From the NCBI GenBank assembly GCA_947461985.1, contig CANHNT010000001.1, positions 1-32,374 on the forward strand: a stretch of 32,374 bases of DNA. The letters run 5' to 3'. Of this stretch, positions 7,808 through 17,209 are shown piece after piece (position 1 is the stretch's first letter; each line of letters begins with the position of its first letter). The notes under the pieces were generated by a model, which saw only the letters and a program-made list of their open reading frames with translations, was not told where the DNA came from and made no database searches. The DNA is from Bacteroidota bacterium. GTDB lineage: Bacteria; Bacteroidota; Bacteroidia; Chitinophagales; Chitinophagaceae. The position numbers were made by a program, and so were the translations under genes.

Positions 7808-9238
7808 ATGCATTTAAAGTACGAATCGATAATTAGAGAGCCATTAGTAGATGGAAACAAAACATATCATCAGATAACTGAAGATATTTGCGCTCCAATT
7901 GAAAGAGCTCCTTCGAAACTATGGAGAATTGGTTTCTTAATGTCACTGTCATTATTAGGTTTTGGCGCATTTAGTATTGTTTGGGAAGTATATTGGGGTA
8001 CTGGTGTTTGGAATTTAAACAAAACCATAGGATGGGGTTGGGATATTACCAATTTCGTATGGTGGGTTGGTATAGGTCATGCTGGAACATTGATTTCGGC
8101 AATCTTATTACTTTTTCGACAAGGATGGAGAACCGGTGTAAATAGAGCTGCTGAAGCCATGACTATTTTTGCCGTTATGTGTGCTGGACAGTTTCCTATT
8201 TGGCACATGGGTCGTGTTTGGAATGCTTTTTTCGTTTTACCTTATGGAAATACACGGGGTCCATTGTGGCCCAACTTTATCTCGCCTTTATTATGGGACG
8301 TATTTGCGATTTCAACGTATTTCACTGTATCATTATTATTCTGGTATTCTGGTTTAATTCCTGATTTTGCAACATTAAGAGATAGAGCACAAACTAAGTT
8401 CAGAAAAATGGCTTATGGATATGCCTCATTTGGTTGGGCAGGAAGTGCGAAACATTGGCAACGTCATGAAATGTTATCATTGGTGTTAGCTGGTTTAAGT
8501 ACTCCCTTAGTACTTTCTGTGCATACGATTGTATCGTTTGACTTTGCTACCTCTATTGTCCCAGGTTGGCATACAACTATATTTCCTCCTTATTTCGTAG
8601 CAGGTGCTGTATTCTCTGGTTTTGCGATGGTACAAACCTTATTAATATTAACACGTAAAATTTTAGGATTACAAGAATATATCACATTAGGCCACATTGA
8701 AGCAATGAATAAAGTAATTGTTTTAACAGGTTCAATAGTAGGGGTTGCATATTTAACAGAGTTATTTATCGCGTATTATAGTGGTGTTATTTGGGAACAA
8801 GAAGCATTCCGTTTACGTGTATTAGGACCATATTGGTGGGCATATTGGGGTATGATGTTGTGTAATGTGGTTTCCCCTCAATTATTTTGGTTCAAAAAAT
8901 TACGCCGTAATGTTTGGTTCACATTCTTTATGTCAATCATCGTAAATATCGGGATGTGGTTTGAGCGTTTTGTAATCATCATGTCATTACACCGTGATTA
9001 TTTACCATCAAGTTGGAGCTATTATACACCATCTTGGACAGAGGTAGCCTTCTATTTAGGATCATTCGGATTATTCTTTACCTGTTATTTCTTATTTGCT
9101 AAATATTTCCCAGTAATTGCGATAGCAGAAATTAAGTTTATATTAAAAACAAGTGGTGATAATTACAAAAAAGAGATGGAACAGTATGAACATCAAGATA
9201 ATGAAGTGTTTTTACAAGAACAGTCTCATCATCATTAG
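7808..9238 (+). CDS. actC: Alternative Complex III subunit ActC (NrfD/PsrC-like polytopic quinol-interacting membrane subunit)
   Basis: 476-aa highly hydrophobic multi-TM ORF directly after actB. It has NrfD-like features (Trp-rich loops, WGWDITNFVWWVGIGHAGT). Confidence 0.9.
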   Translation: MHLKYESIIREPLVDGNKTYHQITEDICAPIERAPSKLWRIGFLMSLSLLGFGAFSIVWEVYWGTGVWNLNKTIGWGWDITNFVWWVGIGHAGTLISAILLLFRQGWRTGVNRAAEAMTIFAVMCAGQFPIWHMGRVWNAFFVLPYGNTRGPLWPNFISPLLWDVFAISTYFTVSLLFWYSGLIPDFATLRDRAQTKFRKMAYGYASFGWAGSAKHWQRHEMLSLVLAGLSTPLVLSVHTIVSFDFATSIVPGWHTTIFPPYFVAGAVFSGFAMVQTLLILTRKILGLQEYITLGHIEAMNKVIVLTGSIVGVAYLTELFIAYYSGVIWEQEAFRLRVLGPYWWAYWGMMLCNVVSPQLFWFKKLRRNVWFTFFMSIIVNIGMWFERFVIIMSLHRDYLPSSWSYYTPSWTEVAFYLGSFGLFFTCYFLFAKYFPVIAIAEIKFILKTSGDNYKKEMEQYEHQDNEVFLQEQSHHH

Positions 9239-9250
9239 TAAGTAATAAAG

Positions 9251-9283
9251 AATTAACAATTAATAATTAACAATTAATAATTA
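9251..9283. repeat. 14-bp A/T tandem repeat (AATTAACAATTAAT x about 2.4) in the actC-actD spacer
   Basis: Read directly from the sequence. It is immediately upstream of the GTG start of actD. Confidence 0.8.
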
Positions 9284-9288
9284 TAAAA

Positions 9289-9870
9289 GTGAGTATAAAA
9301 AAGTTTGCAGTAGCAGTTTACGACGATGAAGCAGTATTATTTCCTGCTGTAAAAAAAGTCCGTAGTGCTGGATATAAAATTCATGATGTTTATACGCCCT
9401 TTGCTGTTCACGGATTGGATGTTGCATTAGGTCAAAAAGAAAGTGATTTACACATTGCTGGTTTCATTTATGGAATTACAGGAACGTGCACTGCACTAGG
9501 CTTTATGGGATGGATTTTTACGACCGATTGGCCTCAAAATTTTGGTGGTAAACCACATTTTCCTTTACCAGCATTTATTCCTATCACCTTTGAGTTGACC
9601 GTGTTATTTGCTGCAGTAGGAATGGTTTTGACTTTTTGTTACTTAAACCAAATTATGCCAGGAGTAAAAAAACATATTTTTCATCCTCGTCAAACAGATG
9701 ATAAATTTGTCATGGTAATCGAGGTAAATGATACCAATGAAGCAGAAACCTTAGCGATTTTACAATCAACAGGTGCTGAGTTAACAGAAACACAAGTAGC
9801 TGAATCAGATTGGTGGTACGGTCGTTTTGATATTAAAGAAGATTACGAAATTCAACAACAATTAGCATAA
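9289..9870 (+). CDS. actD: Alternative Complex III subunit ActD (DUF3341-type membrane subunit)
   Basis: 193 aa with a GTG start. The N-terminal soluble segment (AVYDDEAVLFPAVKKVRSAGYKIHDVYTPFAVHGLD) is typical of ActD/DUF3341 and is followed by two TM helices. Its position in the operon fits. Confidence 0.85.
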   Translation: MSIKKFAVAVYDDEAVLFPAVKKVRSAGYKIHDVYTPFAVHGLDVALGQKESDLHIAGFIYGITGTCTALGFMGWIFTTDWPQNFGGKPHFPLPAFIPITFELTVLFAAVGMVLTFCYLNQIMPGVKKHIFHPRQTDDKFVMVIEVNDTNEAETLAILQSTGAELTETQVAESDWWYGRFDIKEDYEIQQQLA

Positions 9871-9875
9871 AGAAA

Positions 9876-10550
9876 ATGAGAAAACTAACATTATATATTT
9901 TATTTGTATTAGCTACTACATTGGTTGTTTCTTGTAGTGAATACAGACGTAACCCAGGACGTACTTATGCACCTGATATGGTTTATTCTCGTGCTGTTGA
10001 TTACTACAATGGAACGGAAAAAATTGAAGCAGAAAGAGGTTCGTATAACAAAATGCCTGTAAAAGGGACTGTTGCAAGAGAACAAGCCTTACCTGATCAT
10101 ATTAGTGAATTGGATACATTGGCTGCTAACGCAAATACATGCAGTTTCACTTTTGGTGAAAAAGATTTAGAAGAAGGCAAGCGTTTATTTTTAATACATT
10201 GTGCAATTTGTCATGGTGAGCAAATGGACGGAAACGGACCTTTGTACACGAGTGGAAAATTTGCTGCAATGCCAGCTAACTTGAAATCAGGTGAAAAATA
10301 TTTAAAATTCACTCAAGGTAGAATTTATCATGGTATTGTTTATGGTAAAAACAGCATGGGATCTTATGCAAGTCAATTAGATACAAAACAACGTTGGAAA
10401 GTAGTTGCTTACATTAAAAAAGTGCAAAGTGAAAACGGTGGTGAAGCATTTACCATGATGAAAGGTGAAACTGCAGTAAAAGATACAGTGAAAGCAATTG
10501 CTAAAACTGAAACAAAAGCAGCACCAAAAAGCGAAGCAAAACAACATTAA
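9876..10550 (+). CDS. actE: Alternative Complex III subunit ActE (mono-haem cytochrome c, lipoprotein-type signal)
   Basis: 224 aa. The signal ends in ..LVVSC. There is a single CAICH haem motif with a downstream Met-containing segment. Its position after actD fits. Confidence 0.9.
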   Translation: MRKLTLYILFVLATTLVVSCSEYRRNPGRTYAPDMVYSRAVDYYNGTEKIEAERGSYNKMPVKGTVAREQALPDHISELDTLAANANTCSFTFGEKDLEEGKRLFLIHCAICHGEQMDGNGPLYTSGKFAAMPANLKSGEKYLKFTQGRIYHGIVYGKNSMGSYASQLDTKQRWKVVAYIKKVQSENGGEAFTMMKGETAVKDTVKAIAKTETKAAPKSEAKQH

Positions 10551-10578
10551 TCAACATTTAATAAAAACGAAGTAGAAG

Positions 10579-11796
10579 ATGTTAAAACAAGAATTTAAAG
10601 TACCAAAGTCATTAAAAACAACGAGCATTGTTTTAATGATGATCGGTTTATTAGGATTAATAATAGGGGCAGTTGTATTATTGCCAGGTGATGCTTTAGC
10701 ACAAACACAATTTTGGGCATCATTAATGCATAATGCCATTTTCTTTTTATTAATTTCAGTAGGAAGTTTATTTATTTTAAGTGCAACAAGTTTAGCACAA
10801 GGAGCATGGATTGTATCATTTAGAAGAATTCCTGAGTCTATTGGTAGCATGATATATGTGTTTGCAGCTATTGCAGGTGTTTTGTTATTATCGTTCGTTT
10901 GGACAAATAATACCAATATTTATGCTTGGTTACAAGATGGATTTAATCCGCATAACTCTTTGAATGCATTGAAAAATATTTTCTTAAGTAAAGGATTTTT
11001 CACATTTTGGACAATATTAGTACTGGTATTATGGAGTTGGTTAGGTGTTAAATTGAGAGAAATTTCAATTAAACAAGATACAGATACAAAAAATTCAACA
11101 AAATTATATTGGAGAAATTTCAATTTTTCAGCAGGATTTTTATTTGTTTTTGCATTGTCATTAGCTTCTACTATTCCTTGGTTATGGATAATGAGTATCG
11201 ATTCTCATTGGTTTTCTACCATGTTTAGCTGGTACACTTTTGGAAGTTCTTTCGTTAGTGGAATGAGCATGATTATGCTTTGGGTACTTTACTTAAAAAG
11301 AAAAGGATATTTAGATGTAGTTTCAGAAGAACACGTACATGATTTAGGGAAATTTATGTTTGCATTTAGTATTTTTTGGACCTATTTATGGTTTTCACAA
11401 TTTATGTTGATTTGGTATGCAAACATTCCTGAAGAAACCGTTTATTTCCAAATTAGAATGCACGGACCTTACCGATTCTTTTATTGGTTAAATTTAATTT
11501 TAAACTTTGTTTGTCCTATTTTAATATTAATGCCAAGACCAAACAAACGTAATTATTTCGTAGTTTCTTTAGTTGCAGTTATTATTATCTTCGGTCATTG
11601 GATAGACTTTTTTCAAATGATTATGCCAGGAACTACAGTAAAAGAAAATTGGGATAAACCATTCATTTTGAGTTTATTTATCGCTTGTGGTTTTGTCGGG
11701 TTAATTATTTATTTAGTTGCCAATAAATTAACAAAAGCTCCGTTGATTCCACAAAACAATCCATTATTTAAAGAAACTATCATTCATATTAGCTAA
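10579..11796 (+). CDS. actF: Alternative Complex III subunit ActF (polytopic membrane subunit)
   Basis: 405-aa multi-TM ORF between actE and the oxidase genes, matching the canonical actABCDEF order. Confidence 0.8.
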   Translation: MLKQEFKVPKSLKTTSIVLMMIGLLGLIIGAVVLLPGDALAQTQFWASLMHNAIFFLLISVGSLFILSATSLAQGAWIVSFRRIPESIGSMIYVFAAIAGVLLLSFVWTNNTNIYAWLQDGFNPHNSLNALKNIFLSKGFFTFWTILVLVLWSWLGVKLREISIKQDTDTKNSTKLYWRNFNFSAGFLFVFALSLASTIPWLWIMSIDSHWFSTMFSWYTFGSSFVSGMSMIMLWVLYLKRKGYLDVVSEEHVHDLGKFMFAFSIFWTYLWFSQFMLIWYANIPEETVYFQIRMHGPYRFFYWLNLILNFVCPILILMPRPNKRNYFVVSLVAVIIIFGHWIDFFQMIMPGTTVKENWDKPFILSLFIACGFVGLIIYLVANKLTKAPLIPQNNPLFKETIIHIS

Positions 11797-11812
11797 AAAA
11801 GATTAATTTATT

Positions 11813-12844
11813 ATGTCAGGATTATTATTAGTATTTCTTGTTGTTTTAATATTTGTTGTCCTTTATCAAGTTTCACGTTCTAGTGAAATTGTAGCACAAA
11901 TACAAGGAGAAGAAGCGTTCGATAAAAAAAGAAATAAAATTTTAGGCTATTCAATGTTAGTATTGTTTGCAGCCTTTATGATTGGTATTGTTTGGTGTCA
12001 TCAATATATGATGCCTTTAATGGGACCTGAAGCAGCTTCTGATCATGGTCAACAATATGATTTCATGTTTGAAGTAACATTATGGGTAACAGGAAGTGTA
12101 TTTTTGTTAACACAATTTTTATTGTTTTGGTTTAGCTTTAAATACAAAAGAGTAGGCAATAAAACACCTCACTTTTTTGCACACAGCACTAAATTAGAGT
12201 TAATTTGGACTAGTATTCCTGCAATTGCGATGGCAGTATTAGTAGCAATAGGCTTAAAAGCTTGGTTTACAATGACAGATAAAGCACCTAAAGGAGCTAT
12301 GCAAATTGAAATAATTGGTAAACAATTTAACTGGATTTCTCGTTATCCTGGTCCAGACATGGAATTAGGAAAAAAATACTATACAAACATCAATGAGAAA
12401 GACAATATTCTTGGATTAGATTGGAAGGATAAAGCAACTAAAGATGATATAATTATACCAAATGGTGAATTGAGATTCGTGAAAGGAAAACCAGTAGAAT
12501 TAATTATTGGTTCTCGAGATGTAATTCATGATGTTGGTTTATCTCACTTTAGAATGAAGATGGATGCTGTACCAGGAATTTCTTCTAGATTATGGTTTAC
12601 CCCATTATTTACTACAGAAGAAATGAAAAGCAAAACAGGAAATCCTAATTTTGTGTATGAACTTTCATGTGATCAAATGTGTGGAAAAGGACACTACTCA
12701 ATGAGAGCTATTATAATAGTTGAAACACAAGCAGAACATGATGCTTGGTTAGCTAAGCAACAATCATACTACGTACAAAATCATCCTGATGAGTTTCCTG
12801 CGCCTGCAGCTGAACCTGTGAAAACAGATTCTACAAAAAAATAA
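11813..12844 (+). CDS. ctaC: Cytochrome c oxidase subunit II (CuA subunit, no fused cytochrome c domain)
   Basis: 343 aa. N-terminal TM helices are followed by a cupredoxin domain with CuA ligand spacing: H(DVGLSH)..CDQMCGKGHYSM, i.e. C-x3-C-x3-H-x2-M. Confidence 0.9.
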   Translation: MSGLLLVFLVVLIFVVLYQVSRSSEIVAQIQGEEAFDKKRNKILGYSMLVLFAAFMIGIVWCHQYMMPLMGPEAASDHGQQYDFMFEVTLWVTGSVFLLTQFLLFWFSFKYKRVGNKTPHFFAHSTKLELIWTSIPAIAMAVLVAIGLKAWFTMTDKAPKGAMQIEIIGKQFNWISRYPGPDMELGKKYYTNINEKDNILGLDWKDKATKDDIIIPNGELRFVKGKPVELIIGSRDVIHDVGLSHFRMKMDAVPGISSRLWFTPLFTTEEMKSKTGNPNFVYELSCDQMCGKGHYSMRAIIIVETQAEHDAWLAKQQSYYVQNHPDEFPAPAAEPVKTDSTKK

Positions 12845-12886
12845 CAATGAATAATTAATTTAGTAATTAAGATTAAGATATAAAAA

Positions 12887-14710
12887 ATGAGTAACGAAGC
12901 AACATTACACACACACGACGTACACGCACATGACCATGGTCACGAGCATGGACATGATGAGCATGAGCATCATGAGCAACACTTCTTTTCGAAGTACATC
13001 TTCAGCATGGATCATAAAATTATTTCACGTCAATTTTTAATTACCGGTATTTTTTGGGCAATTGTTGGAGGATTAATGTCTGTATTTTTCCGTTTACAAT
13101 TGGGTTTCCCTGAACAAACATTTAAAGTCTTATCTGCATTTTTAGGTGATTGGGCTAAAAATGGTAAAATGGATCCTGAAATGTATTATGGATTAACTAC
13201 TATACATGGTACCGTGTTGGTTTTCTTTGTATTAACAGGTGGCTTAAGCGGTACGTTTAGTAATTTCTTAATTCCCTTGCAAATTGGTGCTCGAGATATG
13301 GCATCGCCGTTTTTGAATATGCTTTCATTTTGGTTTTTTGCAGTTGCTGGTGTTGTAATGTTTGGATCTTTATTTATAACAACAGGCCCAGCATCAGGTG
13401 GTTGGACAACCTATCCACCATTAAGCGCATTGAAAGAAGCCTCTATGGGTTCTGGTTTAGGAATGGATTTATGGTTAATTAGTATGGCCTTATTTGTTGT
13501 TTCTTCTCTACTTGGTGGGATCAACTATATTGTTACCATTTTAAACATGAGAACAAAAGGTATGACAATGACTCGTTTGCCATTAACAATTTGGGCTTTC
13601 TTATTTACAGCGGTATTGGGTGTATTATCTTTCCCAGTATTGTTATCAGCAGCAGTATTATTATTATTTGATCGTCATGCAGGTACAAGTTTCTATTTAT
13701 CTGAAATTTTTATGGCTGGTAAAGCATTGCCTAATGTAGGAGGTTCACCTATTTTATACCAACATTTATTTTGGTTCTTAGGTCATCCAGAGGTTTATAT
13801 TATTATGTTACCAGCAATGGGTATGGCATCAGAAATATTAAGTACGCACTCAAGAAAACCAATCTTTGGATATTTAGCAATGGTATTATCTATAATGGGA
13901 ATCACTGTGTTAGCATTTTTAGTATGGGCGCATCACATGTTTGTAACCGGTATGAGTCCGTTTTTGGGAGGTGTGTTTGTATTATTAACCCTATTAATCG
14001 CCATTCCTTCAGCTGTAAAAGTATTTAACTGGTTAACTACGATTTGGAAAGGTAATATTCGTTTCACGGTGCCTATGTTGTTTGCACTTGGTTTCGTTTC
14101 ATTATTTATTTCTGGTGGATTGACAGGTTTATTCTTAGGTAATTCAGCTTTAGACATTCACTTACACGATACGTATTTTGTAATTGCTCACTTCCATATT
14201 GTAATGGGTATCTCTGCTTTCTTTGGAATGTTTGCAGGTATCTATCATTGGTATCCAAAAATGTATGGCCGATTTATGAATAATACATTAGGGTATATAC
14301 ATTTCTTTGTAACGTTTATAGGTTCTTATGTAATATTTTGGCCAATGCATTATGAAGGTGTAGCAGGTATGCCTCGTCGTTATTATGATTTTAGTGCTTG
14401 GGAATCTTTCAAACAATTTGGAGAGTTAAATCAAATGATTTCAATTGCTGCAATTATTGTTTTCTTTGCTCAATTACTATTTGTATTTAATTACTTTGTG
14501 AGTATTTGGAAAGGTAAAAAAGTAACTGATCCTAATCCTTGGCAAGCAAACTCATTAGAGTGGACTACTCCAATTAAACCAGGACATGGTAACTGGGATG
14601 GACCAATTCCTGAAGTTCATCGTTGGGCTTACGACTATAAAGATAATGGAGAAGGTGGAGATTTTATCCCACAACACATTCCTTTAAAAGACGGAGAAGA
14701 AAGTCATTAA
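12887..14710 (+). CDS. ctaD: Cytochrome c oxidase subunit I (haem-copper oxidase catalytic subunit) with a His-rich N-terminal tail
   Basis: 607 aa with about 12 TM segments. Hallmark motifs are GHPEVYIIMLP, WAHHMF (CuB ligands) and AHFHIVM (haem ligands). The N-terminus is HTHDVHAHDHGHEHGHDEHEHHEQH. Confidence 0.95.
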   Translation: MSNEATLHTHDVHAHDHGHEHGHDEHEHHEQHFFSKYIFSMDHKIISRQFLITGIFWAIVGGLMSVFFRLQLGFPEQTFKVLSAFLGDWAKNGKMDPEMYYGLTTIHGTVLVFFVLTGGLSGTFSNFLIPLQIGARDMASPFLNMLSFWFFAVAGVVMFGSLFITTGPASGGWTTYPPLSALKEASMGSGLGMDLWLISMALFVVSSLLGGINYIVTILNMRTKGMTMTRLPLTIWAFLFTAVLGVLSFPVLLSAAVLLLFDRHAGTSFYLSEIFMAGKALPNVGGSPILYQHLFWFLGHPEVYIIMLPAMGMASEILSTHSRKPIFGYLAMVLSIMGITVLAFLVWAHHMFVTGMSPFLGGVFVLLTLLIAIPSAVKVFNWLTTIWKGNIRFTVPMLFALGFVSLFISGGLTGLFLGNSALDIHLHDTYFVIAHFHIVMGISAFFGMFAGIYHWYPKMYGRFMNNTLGYIHFFVTFIGSYVIFWPMHYEGVAGMPRRYYDFSAWESFKQFGELNQMISIAAIIVFFAQLLFVFNYFVSIWKGKKVTDPNPWQANSLEWTTPIKPGHGNWDGPIPEVHRWAYDYKDNGEGGDFIPQHIPLKDGEESH

Positions 14711-14732
14711 TAATAAATAGATTAATATTTTT

Positions 14733-14775
14733 AAATTCCAAATTCCAAATAAAACTTGTTTGGAATTTGGAATTT
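14733..14775 (+). terminator. Strong hairpin (17-bp arms AAATTCCAAATTCCAAA / TTTGGAATTTGGAATTT, 9-nt loop) after ctaD; terminator or attenuator
   Basis: Perfect inverted repeat read directly, followed by a T-rich stretch. It begins 23 nt after the ctaD stop. Each arm is itself a short tandem repeat (ATTCCAA x2). Confidence 0.7.
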
Positions 14776-14796
14776 TATTATTTGAAACTACATACA

Positions 14797-15672
14797 GTGA
14801 TAAAACAAAAACTACAAGATTACCAGCAATTAATGAAACTCAACTTAAGCATGTTAGTTGTGTTTTCGAGTATTGTAGGGTATTTAATGGTTCCAGAAAT
14901 TAAAGTTGAAATCAGTAAATTACTTTTATTGTTTTTAGGTGGCATGCTTGTAACAGCTGCTGCCAATGCAACAAATGAATTGCTTGAAAAAGAGACTGAT
15001 CTCCTCATGAAAAGAACCATGAAAAGACCTTTGCCTGATAAAAGAATGTCTAATTTAGAGGCTATTATTTTTACAGGAATTGTATTGTTTGCTGGCTTAT
15101 TTATTTTGTATCATGTTTTCAATCCTTTATCGGCATTAATCGCATTAATCAGTTATTTATTATATTCATTTTTATATACTCCGTTAAAAAAAATTACAGC
15201 TGTTTCTGTATTAGTAGGAGCAATACCAGGTTCGCTTCCTTGTTTAATTGGATGGGTAGCTGCAACCAATCACATGGGTAGTTTAGCCGCTTGGACACTT
15301 TTTATATTGCAATTTTTTTGGCAATTTCCACACTTTTGGTCTATTGCCTGGCTAGGTCACGAAGATTATGAAAAGGCTGGTATGAAAATGCTACCAACAA
15401 GTGCAGGAAAAGTAGGACAATACACAGCTTTTCAATGTGTTTTATACAGTGCAGTACTCATTCCCTTAAGCGCGTTGCCTATGATTGCTATGCCGGAAAC
15501 ATATAGCTGGATTTCATTTGGAGGTTTAGTGATTGCAGCTTCTTGGATGTTGTATAATTCTATTCTTTTTTTAAAAGATAATTCTGATTTAAAAGCACGT
15601 AAAGTGATGTTCTCCTCTTTTGTGTATTTACCCTTAACTTTAATTTCATTGATTATAGACAAGTTTATTTAA
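14797..15672 (+). CDS. ctaB: Protohaem IX farnesyltransferase (haem O synthase)
   Basis: UbiA-family polytopic protein with the motif NATNELLEKETDLLMKRTMKRPLP. The track ORF starts at TTG 14767, inside the hairpin. GTG 14797 (MIKQKLQDYQQL..) is the more plausible start; ATG 14833 is also possible. Confidence 0.85.
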   Translation: MIKQKLQDYQQLMKLNLSMLVVFSSIVGYLMVPEIKVEISKLLLLFLGGMLVTAAANATNELLEKETDLLMKRTMKRPLPDKRMSNLEAIIFTGIVLFAGLFILYHVFNPLSALIALISYLLYSFLYTPLKKITAVSVLVGAIPGSLPCLIGWVAATNHMGSLAAWTLFILQFFWQFPHFWSIAWLGHEDYEKAGMKMLPTSAGKVGQYTAFQCVLYSAVLIPLSALPMIAMPETYSWISFGGLVIAASWMLYNSILFLKDNSDLKARKVMFSSFVYLPLTLISLIIDKFI

Positions 15673-15721
15673 AAAATGATAAAATAAGATTTTTATTTTA
15701 TCTTTATTTTATCTTTATTAA

Positions 15722-16951
15722 ATGGCATCTATGAACTCAAAAGCAAGCATCCAATTTATTTTTTTTACGTTATTGTTAGATGTGATAGGTTTTGGAATAA
15801 TTATTCCTGTAATGCCCGAAATGATAGCGAATCTAAAAGGAATTTCTGTAAATGAAGCTAGTAAATATGGCGGATACCTTTTAACAAGTTTTGCTATTGC
15901 ACAATTTTTCAGCTCTCCTATTATGGGTAGTTTGAGTGATCAATATGGCAGAAGACCTGTTTTGTTGTTCTCCTTATTTGGTTTCTGCATCGATTATTTA
16001 TTTTTAGCTTTTGCACCCACATTTGGTTGGTTAATGGTTGGTCGAGTGATTGCAGGAATTACGGGGGCTAGCTTCACTACTGCCAGTGCATACATTGCTG
16101 ATATTAGCACCAATGAAACTCGGGCTAAAAACTTTGGAATGATAGGCGCTGCCTTTGGTATGGGTTTTATTATTGGCCCAGTTTTAGGGGGTATTTTAGG
16201 TAAATACGATACTAAATGGCCATTTTATGCCAGTGCTATTTTATGTTTTATTAATTTATTATATGGCTATTTTGTGTTGCCTGAATCGCTCAGCAAAGAA
16301 AATCGCAGAGCTTTTGATATTAAACGAGCAAATCCTTTTAGTACGATATTAAAACTCGGAAAATATAAAAACATTGGTTGGCTCATGTTTGCTTTTTTCT
16401 TGTTGTATTTGGGTGCTCAAGCAGTGCAAAGTAATTGGAATTATTTCACGATTTACCAATTTCAATGGAGTAAAGATGTAGTTGGATATTCATTAGGATT
16501 AGTAGGTATTTTAGTGGGCGTTGTGCAAGGCTTACTAATAAAACGCTCAGTGGCTTTGCTGGGCAATGAAAAAAGTGTTTATATTGGTTTCGGATTATAT
16601 GCCCTTGGGATGTTTTTATTTTCTGTTGCTTCACAAGGTTGGATGATGTTTGTGTTTATAATCCCATATTGCCTTGGTGGAATCTCAGGACCCTGCATTC
16701 AAAGCTTAATGACAACTCAAGTACCTGACAACGAACAAGGCGAACTACAAGGTGGTCTAACGAGTTTGCAAAGTTTAACTACTATTTTCGGACCACTTAT
16801 GATGACGAATCTATTTTATTTTGCAACCAAACCCAATGCTACATTTCATTTTCCTGGAGCCCCTTTTTTCCTTGGAGGCATTTTTATGACTGCCAGTTTT
16901 TTGATTACTTATAGGTTGATGAGAAGACAAAAAAATAGTTTTGGGAATTAA
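15722..16951 (+). CDS. MFS transporter, TCR/Tet-family-like (12-TM drug:H+ antiporter type)
   Basis: 409 aa. MFS motif A (GSLSDQYGRRPVLL), with many Gly-rich TM helices. The N-terminus FIFFTLLLDVIGFGIIIPVMP is typical of the Tet(A)-like subfamily. No adjacent repressor or mobile-element genes. Confidence 0.85.
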   Translation: MASMNSKASIQFIFFTLLLDVIGFGIIIPVMPEMIANLKGISVNEASKYGGYLLTSFAIAQFFSSPIMGSLSDQYGRRPVLLFSLFGFCIDYLFLAFAPTFGWLMVGRVIAGITGASFTTASAYIADISTNETRAKNFGMIGAAFGMGFIIGPVLGGILGKYDTKWPFYASAILCFINLLYGYFVLPESLSKENRRAFDIKRANPFSTILKLGKYKNIGWLMFAFFLLYLGAQAVQSNWNYFTIYQFQWSKDVVGYSLGLVGILVGVVQGLLIKRSVALLGNEKSVYIGFGLYALGMFLFSVASQGWMMFVFIIPYCLGGISGPCIQSLMTTQVPDNEQGELQGGLTSLQSLTTIFGPLMMTNLFYFATKPNATFHFPGAPFFLGGIFMTASFLITYRLMRRQKNSFGN

Positions 16952-17186
16952 AATTTCAATGAACATTCATTCTTCAGGGATTAAATTTAATATTCATTTA
17001 ATTTTCTATAAAATAGTATAGACGAGCATTCTACTGGGTTTACAATAGTAAATAAATCTAAATTGTCAGTTAAATTCAAGTATTGCTTATCTTAGTCAAG
17101 GCATATATATTTTTTAATATTAATTTTAATATGCATATATTCAATTAATTAAAAAATAAAATAAAAATAATATGAAATATTGATAT

Positions 17187-17194
17187 TATTTTTG
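17187..17194 (+). promoter_or_regulatory. Candidate -7 promoter box (TATTTTTG = TAnnTTTG)
   Basis: Exact consensus match 16 bp upstream of ATG 17210, at the end of a roughly 250-bp A/T-rich intergenic region. It lies inside the TTG-extended track ORF, which argues for the ATG 17210 start. Confidence 0.35.
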
Positions 17195-17209
17195 CTTCAA
17201 ATAGTTACT

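Noticed and set aside
9251-9283. 14-bp A/T tandem repeat upstream of actD, and the similar AATTAA-rich spacer at 12845-12886
   Set aside because: They are very short, purely A/T, and sit directly upstream of start codons. A/T-rich leaders are the normal translation-initiation context in Bacteroidota. I see no evidence of a specific element.
15678-15715. A/T hairpin GATAAAATA-N7-TATTTTATC and an 11-bp tandem TATTTTATCTT x2 after ctaB
   Set aside because: The stem is almost entirely A/T, so stability is marginal. It may be a weak terminator or simple-sequence slippage. There is not enough evidence to call it a feature.
15722-16951. Tet(A)-like MFS transporter as an acquired tetracycline-resistance determinant
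   Set aside because: There is no tetR-like repressor, transposase, integrase or repeat boundary nearby, and the composition matches its neighbours. Chromosomal TCR/Tet-family MFS paralogues are common housekeeping transporters, so a resistance phenotype cannot be inferred from family membership.
16952-17186. A/T-rich 250-bp region with small palindromes (ATATGCATAT, TTAATATTAA) upstream of the lipoprotein gene
   Set aside because: Palindromes this short are expected in nearly pure A/T sequence. Only the TAnnTTTG box at 17187-17194 seemed worth listing.
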